Shown: positions 38,650 to 48,077 of the stretch, piece by piece
How the letters are laid out: each line of letters opens with the position of its first letter
Numbering within the stretch: the stretch's first letter is position 1
Assembly: GCA_965203515.1 (NCBI GenBank)
Contig: OZ241907.1
Span: 1,920,001-1,984,000, forward strand
Reading direction: 5' to 3'
Origin: Spirochaetia bacterium
GTDB lineage: Bacteria; Spirochaetota; Spirochaetia; SZUA-6; Bin103
DNA: 64,000 nt
The notes under the pieces: generated by a model
What the model was told of the DNA's origin: nothing
What the model saw: only the letters and a program-made list of their open reading frames with translations
The model's database searches: none
Translations under genes and position numbers: made by a program

Positions 38650-40164
38650 TCAGCGGGCGTAGATCGCATACAGCCGGGCGTCCTCGGGGCGGATGCCGGC
38701 GAAGGTCACCTGCAGGCGCAGCGGGCCGGCACCGGTCGGCACGGGGCGCTGCCAGCGGATCGGCTCCCGCAGCCCGGCGGCCGGCGCCGGCTTCCGCCGG
38801 CTCTCCTGACCCGGCACCAAGTCTTCCTGGCCGCCGGCCGCCCCTTCCAGCGCGGTCAGCACGGCGGCGTCGGCGCCGCTGAAGCCGGGCAGCGGATGGA
38901 ACCCCTCGTCCAGCAGCTCGAAGCGCAGCTCCGTGTGCGGGCCGAGCCCGCCGACGTTGGCGCTGAACTCGGCGGCGCCCGTCAGCGGGCAGGTCAGCAG
39001 GTGGCCGCCGTCGCCGCGCATCGCCTCGAAGTAGCCGATGCGGTCGCGCTCCCAGGTGGCAAGCCGCACCTGCACCGGCAGGTTGCCCCAGTTCTCGTAC
39101 CACAGCAGGGTCTTGTCGCCCCAGTTGACCATGCCCTGGCCGTGGCTGACCGTCGGCGGCTTGCCGACCACGGCGCCGGTCTCCTCGTAGGCCGGCAGGA
39201 TCGGGAAGTCCTTGATCGGCTCCTGGAAGTGGAGCGCGTCGTGGCTGACCAGCAGGCCCAGGTCCATGGAGATGAGCTGCCGGTCGCTCGTCGGCGTACC
39301 GTGCCAGATGTCGTAGATGCCCAGGATCACGTTGCCGCGATCCCAGAGGCCGGCCCCCAGGTGGACCTCCTCGCTCTGGTTCCACTTCGCCCGCGGCGCC
39401 GAGGCGAGCGGGTCGAACGGCAGCGGGTGCGGCGGTACCATGTCGCGCCGGAAGCCGACGCACGACGCCTGCGTCCAGGTCTCGAAGTCGCAGGAAGCGA
39501 AGGTGGCGAGCACCCGCCCGGTCGTGTAGTGCGAGCCGCCCTGGCCGTTGACGTAGTAGCAGCCGTTGTGACGGATCAGCCCGGTCTGTTCCAGGCCGGG
39601 GCCGACCGGGTTGTTCGGCGACTCGGTCCAGCGGAGGCCGTCGGCGCTGTAGGCGACCGCGAACCGGTTGCCGTACGCTTCGCTCTCGAAGACGCACTTG
39701 AAGCGCCGCGACGGGTCCGGATCGTCGGGCTCGTACATCACCGGCAGGGCGGCGAACTCGCAACGGCCGCCGCGCAGGTCGACGATGTTGTTGCGCGTGG
39801 AGCCGTCGAACTCGATCAGGCCCAGGTCGGGCTTTTCCCAATGCACGCCGTCGGTACTGGTGGCATGGCAGCAGCGGAGCTGACCGCCGTTGCGGCCGTC
39901 CGCGTCCCGGGTGCTCCTGGCCAGATACCACATGCGCAGCTCGCCGTCGATCGGGATGACCGTGCCGTAGAAGCGGGTGCAGAAGTCGTCGGGAGCCCCC
40001 GGCTCGCCGGCCGCCACGACGATCGGGTTGGCGCTGCCCGGCGTCTTGCCCGGTATGAGGTGCAACCGGAGCCCGGCGCTGAACGGGCAGCTATAGCTGT
40101 CGAACGGGAACAGGACCGCCTCTTCGACGACGGGGTTGGGGACGCTGTTGCGGACGGTGATCAT
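38650..40164 (-). CDS. Hypothetical beta-propeller glycoside hydrolase-like protein
   Basis: RMWY, STDGVHWEKPDLGL, DPDPSRRFK, SADGLRW, SHDALHF Asp-box motifs. Confidence 0.6.
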   Translation of the reverse strand: MITVRNSVPNPVVEEAVLFPFDSYSCPFSAGLRLHLIPGKTPGSANPIVVAAGEPGAPDDFCTRFYGTVIPIDGELRMWYLARSTRDADGRNGGQLRCCHATSTDGVHWEKPDLGLIEFDGSTRNNIVDLRGGRCEFAALPVMYEPDDPDPSRRFKCVFESEAYGNRFAVAYSADGLRWTESPNNPVGPGLEQTGLIRHNGCYYVNGQGGSHYTTGRVLATFASCDFETWTQASCVGFRRDMVPPHPLPFDPLASAPRAKWNQSEEVHLGAGLWDRGNVILGIYDIWHGTPTSDRQLISMDLGLLVSHDALHFQEPIKDFPILPAYEETGAVVGKPPTVSHGQGMVNWGDKTLLWYENWGNLPVQVRLATWERDRIGYFEAMRGDGGHLLTCPLTGAAEFSANVGGLGPHTELRFELLDEGFHPLPGFSGADAAVLTALEGAAGGQEDLVPGQESRRKPAPAAGLREPIRWQRPVPTGAGPLRLQVTFAGIRPEDARLYAIYAR

Positions 40165-40210
40165 GGTGCGCTCCTTGGTCGGGTTCCGAACGGTCGGGCG
40201 GTGACGGACG

Positions 40211-41632
40211 TCACCGCAGCCAGTAGCTGTACAGGCGCGCGTTCGTCATGAGGAAGCGGATGCGCGCCGGCGCGGCGATCGCGGACAGCGGCCGGCCGGC
40301 CGCCTGCCCGCGCCAGCGGATGACCTGATCGGTCGAGTCCGCGCCGGCCGCGACGCAGTCGCCGGCCGCATAGCCGGGGATCGGCCGGTAGCGTTCGTCG
40401 AGCAGTTCCGCGGCGACGCGGCCGAAATCGCACTTGGCGTTGACGTGCAGCTCGGCGCCGGCCAGCTCGAAGGGCACCGTGGTGATGGCGCCGCCGTCGT
40501 AGCTGGCATCGATGGAAGCGAAGCCGTCGAGCCGCAACGTGGCCAGCCCGATCGCCATCGAGCCGCGTTCCTGGTCCGGGTCGATCCTCGGCTCGAACTC
40601 GCCCACCACCTTGTTGTGGCGGCGCGAGGTGCCCCGGTAGTAGACGTGCAGCCGGTCGCCGACCGGGATCGGCGGCGCGCCGGTGAGCATGATCTGGAAG
40701 CGGTCCCAGTCGCCCACCTCGCCCAGTCCGACCAGCGGGTCGGGCGCCGGCGCCCGCATCCACACGTCGCCGTCGCGGCTGGTGAGCAGCCGGAGGGTCT
40801 GCGACTGATGCTCCGCGCGCCGGTCGAAGTGGGTCATGATGCCCAGGTACTGCGCGCCGTAGACGAAGCCGTTGTTGTTGTAGAGCGCCTCCTCGTGATT
40901 GAGCTGAAACAGAAAGCGCTCCGGGCGGGTCCAGGTGACGAAGTCCCGGCTCACCGCCATGACCCGCCAGCCGGGATGATCGGCGGCGCTGCGCAGCATC
41001 GCCACGTAGCGGCGCCGGCGGGTGTCGATCATCAGCGCCTGCGCGTCGCCGATCGGCCCCAGGTCGGCGGTTCCCGGCCGCGGGTGGTAACGGACGATCG
41101 GCTCCGGCGTGAACGTCCAGCGCATGCCGTCCGGCGAAGTGCCGGTGTAGATGCCGCTCATCGGCCCGTCCCAGTCGTAGCTCGACCAGCCGATCGCCTT
41201 GTAGCGGCGCTCCGGGTCGGGGTCGATCGGATCCTTCATCATCGTCTCGAAGTGATCCTTGCCGTCGTGGTACTCGGCCGGCACGACGATGTTGTTGTCC
41301 GTGTTGCCCAGCGCCTCGTGCAGCCCGAGCACCGGCCTGGTCCACGAGATACCGTCGTCCGACAGCGCCAGGCACTGCACGTGCTCCTTGCCCGGCGCAT
41401 AGAAGCCGGCCATGTACCACGCCTTGAAGACCGATTCCTCGCGGTCGTAGATGACCGAGGCGGTCATGCCGCCCATCCGCTCCCACGGCTCTTCCTGAGC
41501 GATGACCGGCAGGCCGTGCTTGCGCGCCTGGTGGAAGGCGCGGCTCACGTTGTCTCGTCGGTCGACGTCGAGCAGATCGACGAACAGGCGCCGCTCGGCG
41601 TCGAGGCGTTCGGGTACGGTTGCGCTGCTCAC
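40211..41632 (-). CDS. Hypothetical beta-propeller glycoside hydrolase-like protein
   Basis: FKAWY, SDDGISWTRP.LG, SPDGMRW, SRDGDVW, LRLDGFAS; TGCTATCCT 7 nt before GTG. Confidence 0.62.
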   Translation of the reverse strand: MSSATVPERLDAERRLFVDLLDVDRRDNVSRAFHQARKHGLPVIAQEEPWERMGGMTASVIYDREESVFKAWYMAGFYAPGKEHVQCLALSDDGISWTRPVLGLHEALGNTDNNIVVPAEYHDGKDHFETMMKDPIDPDPERRYKAIGWSSYDWDGPMSGIYTGTSPDGMRWTFTPEPIVRYHPRPGTADLGPIGDAQALMIDTRRRRYVAMLRSAADHPGWRVMAVSRDFVTWTRPERFLFQLNHEEALYNNNGFVYGAQYLGIMTHFDRRAEHQSQTLRLLTSRDGDVWMRAPAPDPLVGLGEVGDWDRFQIMLTGAPPIPVGDRLHVYYRGTSRRHNKVVGEFEPRIDPDQERGSMAIGLATLRLDGFASIDASYDGGAITTVPFELAGAELHVNAKCDFGRVAAELLDERYRPIPGYAAGDCVAAGADSTDQVIRWRGQAAGRPLSAIAAPARIRFLMTNARLYSYWLR

Positions 41633-41761
41633 GGACCGGAGGATAGCACGTCGGCGCGCCTCCGCGCCGGGGGTGCACGACGCACGGAGTGCGCACGCAC
41701 CGGAGTGCGCACGCACGCACCGGGGTGCGCAAACGCCGTTCCCGTGCTATCCTGCCGGCCC

Positions 41762-42841
41762 ATGGCTGAGGCGGATAGGAACGTTCGCGACGCGAGGGGC
41801 GAGTGGCGGCCGGCGGCGCTTCCGCAGCCGTCCCCGATGTGGGACCGGCCGGTGCGGCTGCGGGTGATTCTCAAGGCGATATTCGGCCACGACGGCATCC
41901 TGTGGCCCAAGAACCTGATCTACGTCGGCATCGCGGTGGTGGCGTGGTTCTTCTTCACCCCCTCCCTGGAGCGCACCGCCACCTTCCAGATCGGCTGGAT
42001 CGCGGAGATCTACCTGCGCAACGTGGCGCTCCTCGTCCTGATCGCCGGCGGCCTGCACCTGCGGCTCTACGTCAAGCGCGTCCAGGGCAGGAAGTACAAG
42101 TTCAACGCGCGCTGGCTGTCGACCGGGAATCGGGCGTTCCTGTTCGGCAACCAGACCTGGGACAACATGTTCTGGTCGCTGGTTTCGGGCGCCGGCATCT
42201 GGACGGCGTACGAGGCGGTAACCCTGTGGATGTACGGCAACGGATGGCTGCCGCGCGTCGAGTGGCGCACGCCGGCCGGCATCGCCTACTGCTCGCTGAT
42301 GATGGTCGCCGTCCTGTTCATGCGGCAGATGCACTTCTACTGGACCCACCGGTGGACGCACTGGAAGCCGCTCTACAAGGTGGCGCACTATCTGCACCAC
42401 CGCAACGTCAACATCGGCCCGTGGTCGGGTCTGTCGATGCATCCGATCGAGCACCTGATCTACTTTTCGGGCGTGCTGCTGCACTGGGTGATCCCGTCCC
42501 ACCCGATCCACGCGGTCTTCCACCTGATGCATACCGGGCTGAGCCCGGCGGCCGGCCATGCCGGCTTTTCGGAGTTCGTGGTCAAGGACGACAAGACCTT
42601 CAGCAACGGCGGCTACTTCCATTACCTGCACCACCGCTACTTCGAGTGCAACTACGGCAATGAGGGCGTGCCGCTCGACAAGTGGTTCGGCAGCTTCCAC
42701 GACGGCTCGCCGGAGGCGCATGCCGCCATGCGCGCGCGCCGCAAGGGGTTCGTCGATGGCGCGAGCGGCCCCCGGAGTGAGCGGCAACCGGCCAGGCGGC
42801 AACCGGCCGGGCGGGAACCGGCCGGGCGGGAACCGGCGTAG
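41762..42841 (+). CDS. Sterol desaturase / fatty acid hydroxylase family membrane protein
   Basis: His boxes HFYWTHRWTH, HYLHH, MHPIE, HYLHHRYFECNYG. Confidence 0.9.
   Translation: MAEADRNVRDARGEWRPAALPQPSPMWDRPVRLRVILKAIFGHDGILWPKNLIYVGIAVVAWFFFTPSLERTATFQIGWIAEIYLRNVALLVLIAGGLHLRLYVKRVQGRKYKFNARWLSTGNRAFLFGNQTWDNMFWSLVSGAGIWTAYEAVTLWMYGNGWLPRVEWRTPAGIAYCSLMMVAVLFMRQMHFYWTHRWTHWKPLYKVAHYLHHRNVNIGPWSGLSMHPIEHLIYFSGVLLHWVIPSHPIHAVFHLMHTGLSPAAGHAGFSEFVVKDDKTFSNGGYFHYLHHRYFECNYGNEGVPLDKWFGSFHDGSPEAHAAMRARRKGFVDGASGPRSERQPARRQPAGREPAGREPA
42781..42840 (+). repeat. 15-bp tandem repeat x4 at gene 3' end
   Basis: GCGG(C/G)AACCGGC units encoding RQPA/REPA. Confidence 0.8.
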
Positions 42842-42847
42842 CGCCAC

Positions 42848-43777
42848 GTGGAAACGGCAGGCGATGCGGAACTCCGTGCACGGATAGCGGGCGCCCTCAC
42901 CCCCTCCCCGGAGGCCGACGGGGCGGTCCACGCCGGCGCGAACGGCGCCATGGCGATCGGCCTGCAGCAGGGTCCGCGCCCCGAGCAGCAGGACTGCGGC
43001 GCGGCGCTGGCGTGGGTCCCGAACGGCCTTAGCCTGTCTCCGTGGTGCGCGGCCGTGATCGCCGACGGCATGGGAGGCATGGAGGACGGCGGCTGGGCGA
43101 GCCGGGAAGCGGTGCGGATCGTCGTCGAGACCTGCCTCTTCGGCGATTGCGACACGCCCCGCGACGTGCTGGGGGCGGCCCTGCTCCGCGCGCAACGGGA
43201 GGTGCTGGAAGCGCTCGAGGGCCGCGGCGGGACGACCTTGACCGCCGCCGTGTGGCGGCGCCGGAACGGCATGCTCATCCATACCGGAGATACGCGGGCG
43301 CATCTGCTCGAACCGAATCGTCCGCTGCGGTGCCTCACCACCGACCATACCCAGGCCGGCCTCACCGAAGCGCTCGAGCGTCTGATCGCCGGAGAAGCGC
43401 CGGCCGAGCCGTACCGGCCGACCGCGCCGGACAGCAACCTGCTCGACGCGATCGGCATCCGCCAAGGCGTGCTCGCCGAACGCCACGTCCTGCACACGCC
43501 GCGCGACGGACGATGCGTCATGACGACCGACGGCGCGCACGATCCGATCCGCCGGGCAGGAGCAGCCGCCTTCGCCGTGGAGGGCGAGCGACCGACCGCG
43601 CAGCGGAGCGTAGAGGCGATCTGGGAACGGCTGGCCGGCGAGAAGCTGACCGACAATGCGTCCGTCGCGGCGATCGAGCCCGGCCGGACGTTGCGGTGGA
43701 CGGAGCGCGAGTTCCGATTCGGCGACCTGCTGCTGGTGGCGCCGAACGGGACGCTGCGCGAAAAGCTGGAACGATGA
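42848..43777 (+). CDS. PP2C-family Ser/Thr protein phosphatase
   Basis: R.EQQD, IADGMGG, GGTTL, GDTRAH, TDG, DNAS. Confidence 0.82.
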   Translation: METAGDAELRARIAGALTPSPEADGAVHAGANGAMAIGLQQGPRPEQQDCGAALAWVPNGLSLSPWCAAVIADGMGGMEDGGWASREAVRIVVETCLFGDCDTPRDVLGAALLRAQREVLEALEGRGGTTLTAAVWRRRNGMLIHTGDTRAHLLEPNRPLRCLTTDHTQAGLTEALERLIAGEAPAEPYRPTAPDSNLLDAIGIRQGVLAERHVLHTPRDGRCVMTTDGAHDPIRRAGAAAFAVEGERPTAQRSVEAIWERLAGEKLTDNASVAAIEPGRTLRWTEREFRFGDLLLVAPNGTLREKLER

Positions 43778-43811
43778 ACCGCCCGCCGGCAGCCGAAGAA
43801 AGGAGTTGGCG

Positions 43812-46013
43812 ATGGAACACGGCGCCGGTCTGACCGAAGCGCAGCGCGCGGAGTTCCGGGATCGTGGGTTCCTGGTCCTGCCCGCGCTGCTGCCGCAGGC
43901 GGCGCTCCGGCCGCTTACCGACGATCTGGCCGCCGCCGTCGAGCAGGGGGTACGGCAACTCGTCATCTGGGAGCGTCTGCAGCCGACCGCCACCTTCCCG
44001 GAACATCCCTTCGACCGCCGCCTGGCCGCCGTCGCCGCCGAGCTGGACGATGAGTCCCTTGCCTGGCTCTGGCACCAGCTGCACGGCAAGCAGCACAAGA
44101 CCGCCGGCATGTACGCGCTGCGCACCCATCCGGCCCTGCTCGACGCCGTCGAATCGGTAATCGGCGCGGAGATCCTGGCCCATCCGCAGACGGTGCTGCG
44201 CGTGAAGCTCCCCGATCACGACCCTGGCGTCGTGCCGTGGCACCAGGACGATGCCTACCTGAGCGAGGAGATCGGCGACACGGTGATCGTCAACGTGTGG
44301 ATCCCGCTGGCCGCCGCCGGACGCGAAAACGGCTGCATGGAGGTGATCGCCGGCTCCCACCGGCGGAGCATCCCGCACCGGCTGAAGACGAGCATCTACC
44401 ACGGCATCTACGACGAAGATCTGCCGGACGGCGAGCGCGTCACCTGCGAGATGCAACCCGGCGACGCGCTCATGACCATGGAGCGGGTCGCGCACCGCTC
44501 GCTGCCGAACACTTCGTCGACGGTGCGGTGGAGCCTGGACACCCGCTACTGCCGCATCGGCGTGCCGACCGGGCGCAGCTACGTCCCCGGCTTCGTGGCC
44601 CGCAGCCGCGAGCGTCCGGAATCGGTGACGCGCAATCACCGCCAGTGGGTGAGTCTGGTGCGCGCCGCCGGCCGCGATCCGCTCGAGAAATCGGCGCCGC
44701 CGGCGCTGCCCGACGTCGACCGGCTGCACGGCGAGTGGCGGACCGACGCCCCGCGGCCGGAGCTCGCGCCGCTGGCCCGGATCGAAGCGGGCGCCGGAGG
44801 CGAGCGGGAACTGGTCCTGGAAGGGACCGGCGACCGGCACGCCTTTGGCTGCTGGCACCGTCCGGCGCGCCTGGTCCCCGGCTGCTGGTACCGCGCGACC
44901 GTGCAGGCCCGCACCACGGGCATTGAGCGGCCCGGCCTGTCGGTCTTCGCCCAGGTCGCCGGCCACTTCCTGACGCCGCGGCCGGCGCTGCAGTCGCCGC
45001 GCGAGCCCGCCCCGGCCGACACCCTCTACCTGCAGTGCACCTTCCGGCACGAACCGCATCCGGCCGAGCAGGACCGGATGGAGCTCTATCTGCGCGCCGC
45101 CCCGACCGGCCGGATCGCGTGGTCGCGGGCCGCGGTGACGCAGATCCCCCGGCCGCCGGCGCGGACCGCGCGCATCGCCGCGATCCGCTTTGGCGAGCCG
45201 CCCGCGCCGCTGACGATGGCCGACCAGCGGGAGCGCATCGCCGCCAAGCTCGACCAGGCCGGGGCGATGGAGGCCGACATCGCCGCCCTGACCGAGTTCT
45301 GCCCCGTGCAGGGCGTCCCCGAAACGGTCTACGGGTCATGGGCGGACGCCGCGGAGCCGGTGCCCGGCGGTCCCGCGTGCCGGGTGCTGGCCGAAGCCGC
45401 GCGCCGCCACCGCATGTACGTGATCGCCGGCGTCATCCGCCGGCGCGGCCGGCACGTGTTCAACACCGCGGTGCTGTTCGACCGTTCGGGCGAGCTGCTC
45501 GGCTGCTACGACAAGACCCACCTCACCTTTGGCGAGCTGCGGGCCGGCATCTCCTGCGGAACCGACTACCCGGTGTTCGACCTGGACGTCGGCAGGGTCG
45601 CGATCCACATCTGCTACGACGAGTGGTTCCCGGAGGTGGCACGCTACTACGCGCACCGCGGCGCCGAGCTCCTGTTCCTGCCGGTCGCCGGCGGCAAGCC
45701 GATCACGTGGCGCACGCGCGCGCTCGACAACCGCCTCTACTTCGTCGCCGCCGCTACCGGACCGCCGAGCATGATCATCGATTCCTCCGGGGCGGTCATC
45801 GCGGAGATGCACGGCGACGGCGTGGCCTGCGCGGACATCGATCCGGGCGACCGGCAGACCAACTGGTACGGCGACCCGACGCTGGCGCGCGGCATGCCCT
45901 GCATCGCGCCGCAGATGCGCATGACCACCGATGATCGGCTGCTGTCGGACCTGCACCGGCTGATGCATGACGTCCCGTTGACGATGCCGGCGGCTGACGA
46001 TGCCGGCGGCTGA
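43812..46013 (+). CDS. Fusion: PhyH-family dioxygenase + carbon-nitrogen hydrolase (nitrilase superfamily)
   Basis: PWHQD, GSH, AHRS in N-part; LTE, YDKTHL, ICYDEWFPE triad in C-part; RBS AGGAG. Confidence 0.85.
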   Translation: MEHGAGLTEAQRAEFRDRGFLVLPALLPQAALRPLTDDLAAAVEQGVRQLVIWERLQPTATFPEHPFDRRLAAVAAELDDESLAWLWHQLHGKQHKTAGMYALRTHPALLDAVESVIGAEILAHPQTVLRVKLPDHDPGVVPWHQDDAYLSEEIGDTVIVNVWIPLAAAGRENGCMEVIAGSHRRSIPHRLKTSIYHGIYDEDLPDGERVTCEMQPGDALMTMERVAHRSLPNTSSTVRWSLDTRYCRIGVPTGRSYVPGFVARSRERPESVTRNHRQWVSLVRAAGRDPLEKSAPPALPDVDRLHGEWRTDAPRPELAPLARIEAGAGGERELVLEGTGDRHAFGCWHRPARLVPGCWYRATVQARTTGIERPGLSVFAQVAGHFLTPRPALQSPREPAPADTLYLQCTFRHEPHPAEQDRMELYLRAAPTGRIAWSRAAVTQIPRPPARTARIAAIRFGEPPAPLTMADQRERIAAKLDQAGAMEADIAALTEFCPVQGVPETVYGSWADAAEPVPGGPACRVLAEAARRHRMYVIAGVIRRRGRHVFNTAVLFDRSGELLGCYDKTHLTFGELRAGISCGTDYPVFDLDVGRVAIHICYDEWFPEVARYYAHRGAELLFLPVAGGKPITWRTRALDNRLYFVAAATGPPSMIIDSSGAVIAEMHGDGVACADIDPGDRQTNWYGDPTLARGMPCIAPQMRMTTDDRLLSDLHRLMHDVPLTMPAADDAGG

Positions 46014-46026
46014 CGTCGCCGGCGGC
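45979..46026 (+). repeat. 16-bp tandem repeat x3 spanning the stop codon
   Basis: TGACGATGCCGGCGGC x2 then TGACGTCGCCGGCGGC. Confidence 0.8.
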
Positions 46027-46043
46027 GCACCGCCTCCGCAGCG

Positions 46044-47024
46044 GTGAGCGCCCGCGACCGCGACCTGCGCTTCGGCCTGATCGGCTGCGGCAAGCTGGGC
46101 GCCGTGCACGCCCGCTGCGTGCGCCGGGTGGGCGGCGCGCGCTTCACCGCCTTTGCCGACGCGGCGCCGGCCGCCGCCGAACGACTGCTGGCCGAGCACG
46201 GCGGCGACTACGCGACCGCCGACGTCGCCCGCCTCCTCGACGACCCGGCCCTGGACGCCGTCTACGTCTGCACCCACCACGACTCGCACGCGCCGCTGGC
46301 GATCGCCGCGGCGCAGGCCGGCAAGCACGTCCTGGTCGAGAAGCCGCTGTCGCTGTCGGTGGAGGAATGCACGGCGGTGGCCGCCGCGGTCGAGGAGGCC
46401 GGCGTGCGGCTGATGCCGGCGTTCAAGATGCGCTACTACCCGCTGCTGCGGAAGGCGCGGGAGTTCGTCCCGGAGCCGCAGGTGATCGTGGGCCAGATGA
46501 TGGACGACCGCTGGGCCGACGACGCCTGGGCGCAGGACCCGGTGCGCGGCGGCGCCAACGTCTACAGCCAGGGCTGCCACACGACCGACGTGATCCGCTG
46601 GATGGCGCGCAGCGAGCCGGAGCTGCTGTGGGCGGCCGGCGGCGCCATGACCCATCCGGGCCATCCGCGCATCGACCAGTGCGTGGCGTCGATCCGCTTC
46701 GCCTCGGGCGCCGCGGCGAGCTGGATTCAGGGCGACGCGGCCCTGGGCCGCATGACCGGCAAGTTCTTTCTGGAGCTGTTCGGCGGCGGCCGTAGCGTGC
46801 AGCTCTACGACCGCTTCAAGGCGGCCACCTTCTCCGACGGCGCGCGCGAGTGGTCGGAGCGGGTCGACCAGGAGGAGGGGTTCCTGCTGGAGAACCGGGA
46901 GTTCATCACCGCGCTGCGCGCCGGGCGGGCGCCGGAGCTCGACGCCACCGACGGCATCCAGGCGACGCGGATCGTGCTGGCCGCCGACCGGGCGATCCGC
47001 ACCGGCGAAGTGCAACGGCTGTGA
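46044..47024 (+). CDS. Gfo/Idh/MocA family oxidoreductase
   Basis: GLIGCGKLG, AGKHVLVEKPL. Confidence 0.92.
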   Translation: MSARDRDLRFGLIGCGKLGAVHARCVRRVGGARFTAFADAAPAAAERLLAEHGGDYATADVARLLDDPALDAVYVCTHHDSHAPLAIAAAQAGKHVLVEKPLSLSVEECTAVAAAVEEAGVRLMPAFKMRYYPLLRKAREFVPEPQVIVGQMMDDRWADDAWAQDPVRGGANVYSQGCHTTDVIRWMARSEPELLWAAGGAMTHPGHPRIDQCVASIRFASGAAASWIQGDAALGRMTGKFFLELFGGGRSVQLYDRFKAATFSDGAREWSERVDQEEGFLLENREFITALRAGRAPELDATDGIQATRIVLAADRAIRTGEVQRL

Positions 47025-48076
47025 ACGCCCCGCCCCGGATCGATCCGTCCGCGATACGTCTGCTGCAGTATCGGGCCGCCTGCGGCGAGCGCCGCGTCGG
47101 CGTCGCCGTCGATCGCGACCGGGTCGAGGAGATCGCCGGAGTCGCGTCGACGCTCGAACTGGCCCGCGATGCGGATGCGGCCGGCCTCGCGCTGATCGAC
47201 GTGGTGGCCGGCTGCCGCCGCGCCGGCCTGGTCGACTACCAGGCGCTGGTCGACGAGCGGCGCCTGTTGCCGCCGATCGACCACCCCGACCCCGCGCATC
47301 TGGTGGTATCCGGCACCGGCCTCAACCACACCGGCAGCGCCCTGGCCCGCGACGCCATGCACGGCGGGCCCGGCGCCGGCGATGACGCCGAAGATGATGA
47401 CGCCGGAGACGAAGGCGCGACCGATTCGATCCGCATGTTCCGGCTCGGCGTCCGGGGCGGCAAGCCGCCGGCCGGCCGCATCGGCGCGGCGCCGGAGTGG
47501 TTCTACAAGGGCGACGGCGGATGCATCGTAGCCCCCGAACGGGAGTTGCCGCTGCCGGGATTCGCCGGCGACGGCGGCGAGGAGGCCGAGGCCGCGGCGA
47601 TCTACCTGATCGGCCGCAACGGCCGCCCGCGCCGCGTCGGCTTTGCGCTCGGCAACGAGTTCGCCGACCACGTCATCGAGCGGCAGAACTACCTGTATCT
47701 CGCGCACTCCAAGCTGCGCGCCTGCTCGATCGGCCCGGAGCTGCTGCTCGGCCCGCTGCCGGAGTCGGTCGCCGGCGAGGTGCGCGTGCGGCGCGGTGAG
47801 ACCGTACTCTGGCAGGCCGCGTTTCTGACCGGCGAGGCGAACATGACGCACAGCCTGGCCAACCTGGAGCACCACCTGTTCAAGTACGACCTGTTCCGCC
47901 GGCGCGGCGACGTCCACTGCCACTTCCTGGGCGCGCCGGTCCTGAGCTGCGCCCACGGCATCGAGCCTCGGCCCGGCGACCGTTTCGAGATCGAGTCCCC
48001 GCTCTTCGGCCGGCCGCTGCGCAATCCGCTCGCCGCGCGCGGCGAAGACCGCCCGATCACCGTCGAGCCACTCTGA
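47021..48076 (+). CDS. AraD1/GguC-like FAH-family protein
   Basis: HPDPAH..VSGTGL.H.GSA, PEWFYKGDG, GNEFADH..ER.NYLYLAHSKLR, GEANM.HSLANLEHH. Confidence 0.88.
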   Translation: MNAPPRIDPSAIRLLQYRAACGERRVGVAVDRDRVEEIAGVASTLELARDADAAGLALIDVVAGCRRAGLVDYQALVDERRLLPPIDHPDPAHLVVSGTGLNHTGSALARDAMHGGPGAGDDAEDDDAGDEGATDSIRMFRLGVRGGKPPAGRIGAAPEWFYKGDGGCIVAPERELPLPGFAGDGGEEAEAAAIYLIGRNGRPRRVGFALGNEFADHVIERQNYLYLAHSKLRACSIGPELLLGPLPESVAGEVRVRRGETVLWQAAFLTGEANMTHSLANLEHHLFKYDLFRRRGDVHCHFLGAPVLSCAHGIEPRPGDRFEIESPLFGRPLRNPLAARGEDRPITVEPL

Positions 48077-48077
48077 G

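Noticed and set aside
40445..41761. Long N-terminal extensions of the desaturase (798 aa), fucosidase (683 aa), MBL hydrolase (654 aa) and 52390 ORF (821 aa) as fusions
   Set aside because: Extensions are antisense to real genes; internal starts have RBS or -10 support.
45979..46046. 16-bp repeat as a switch fusing the nitrilase gene to the Gfo/Idh/MocA gene
   Set aside because: Losing one or two units puts the downstream gene out of frame, so no fusion results.
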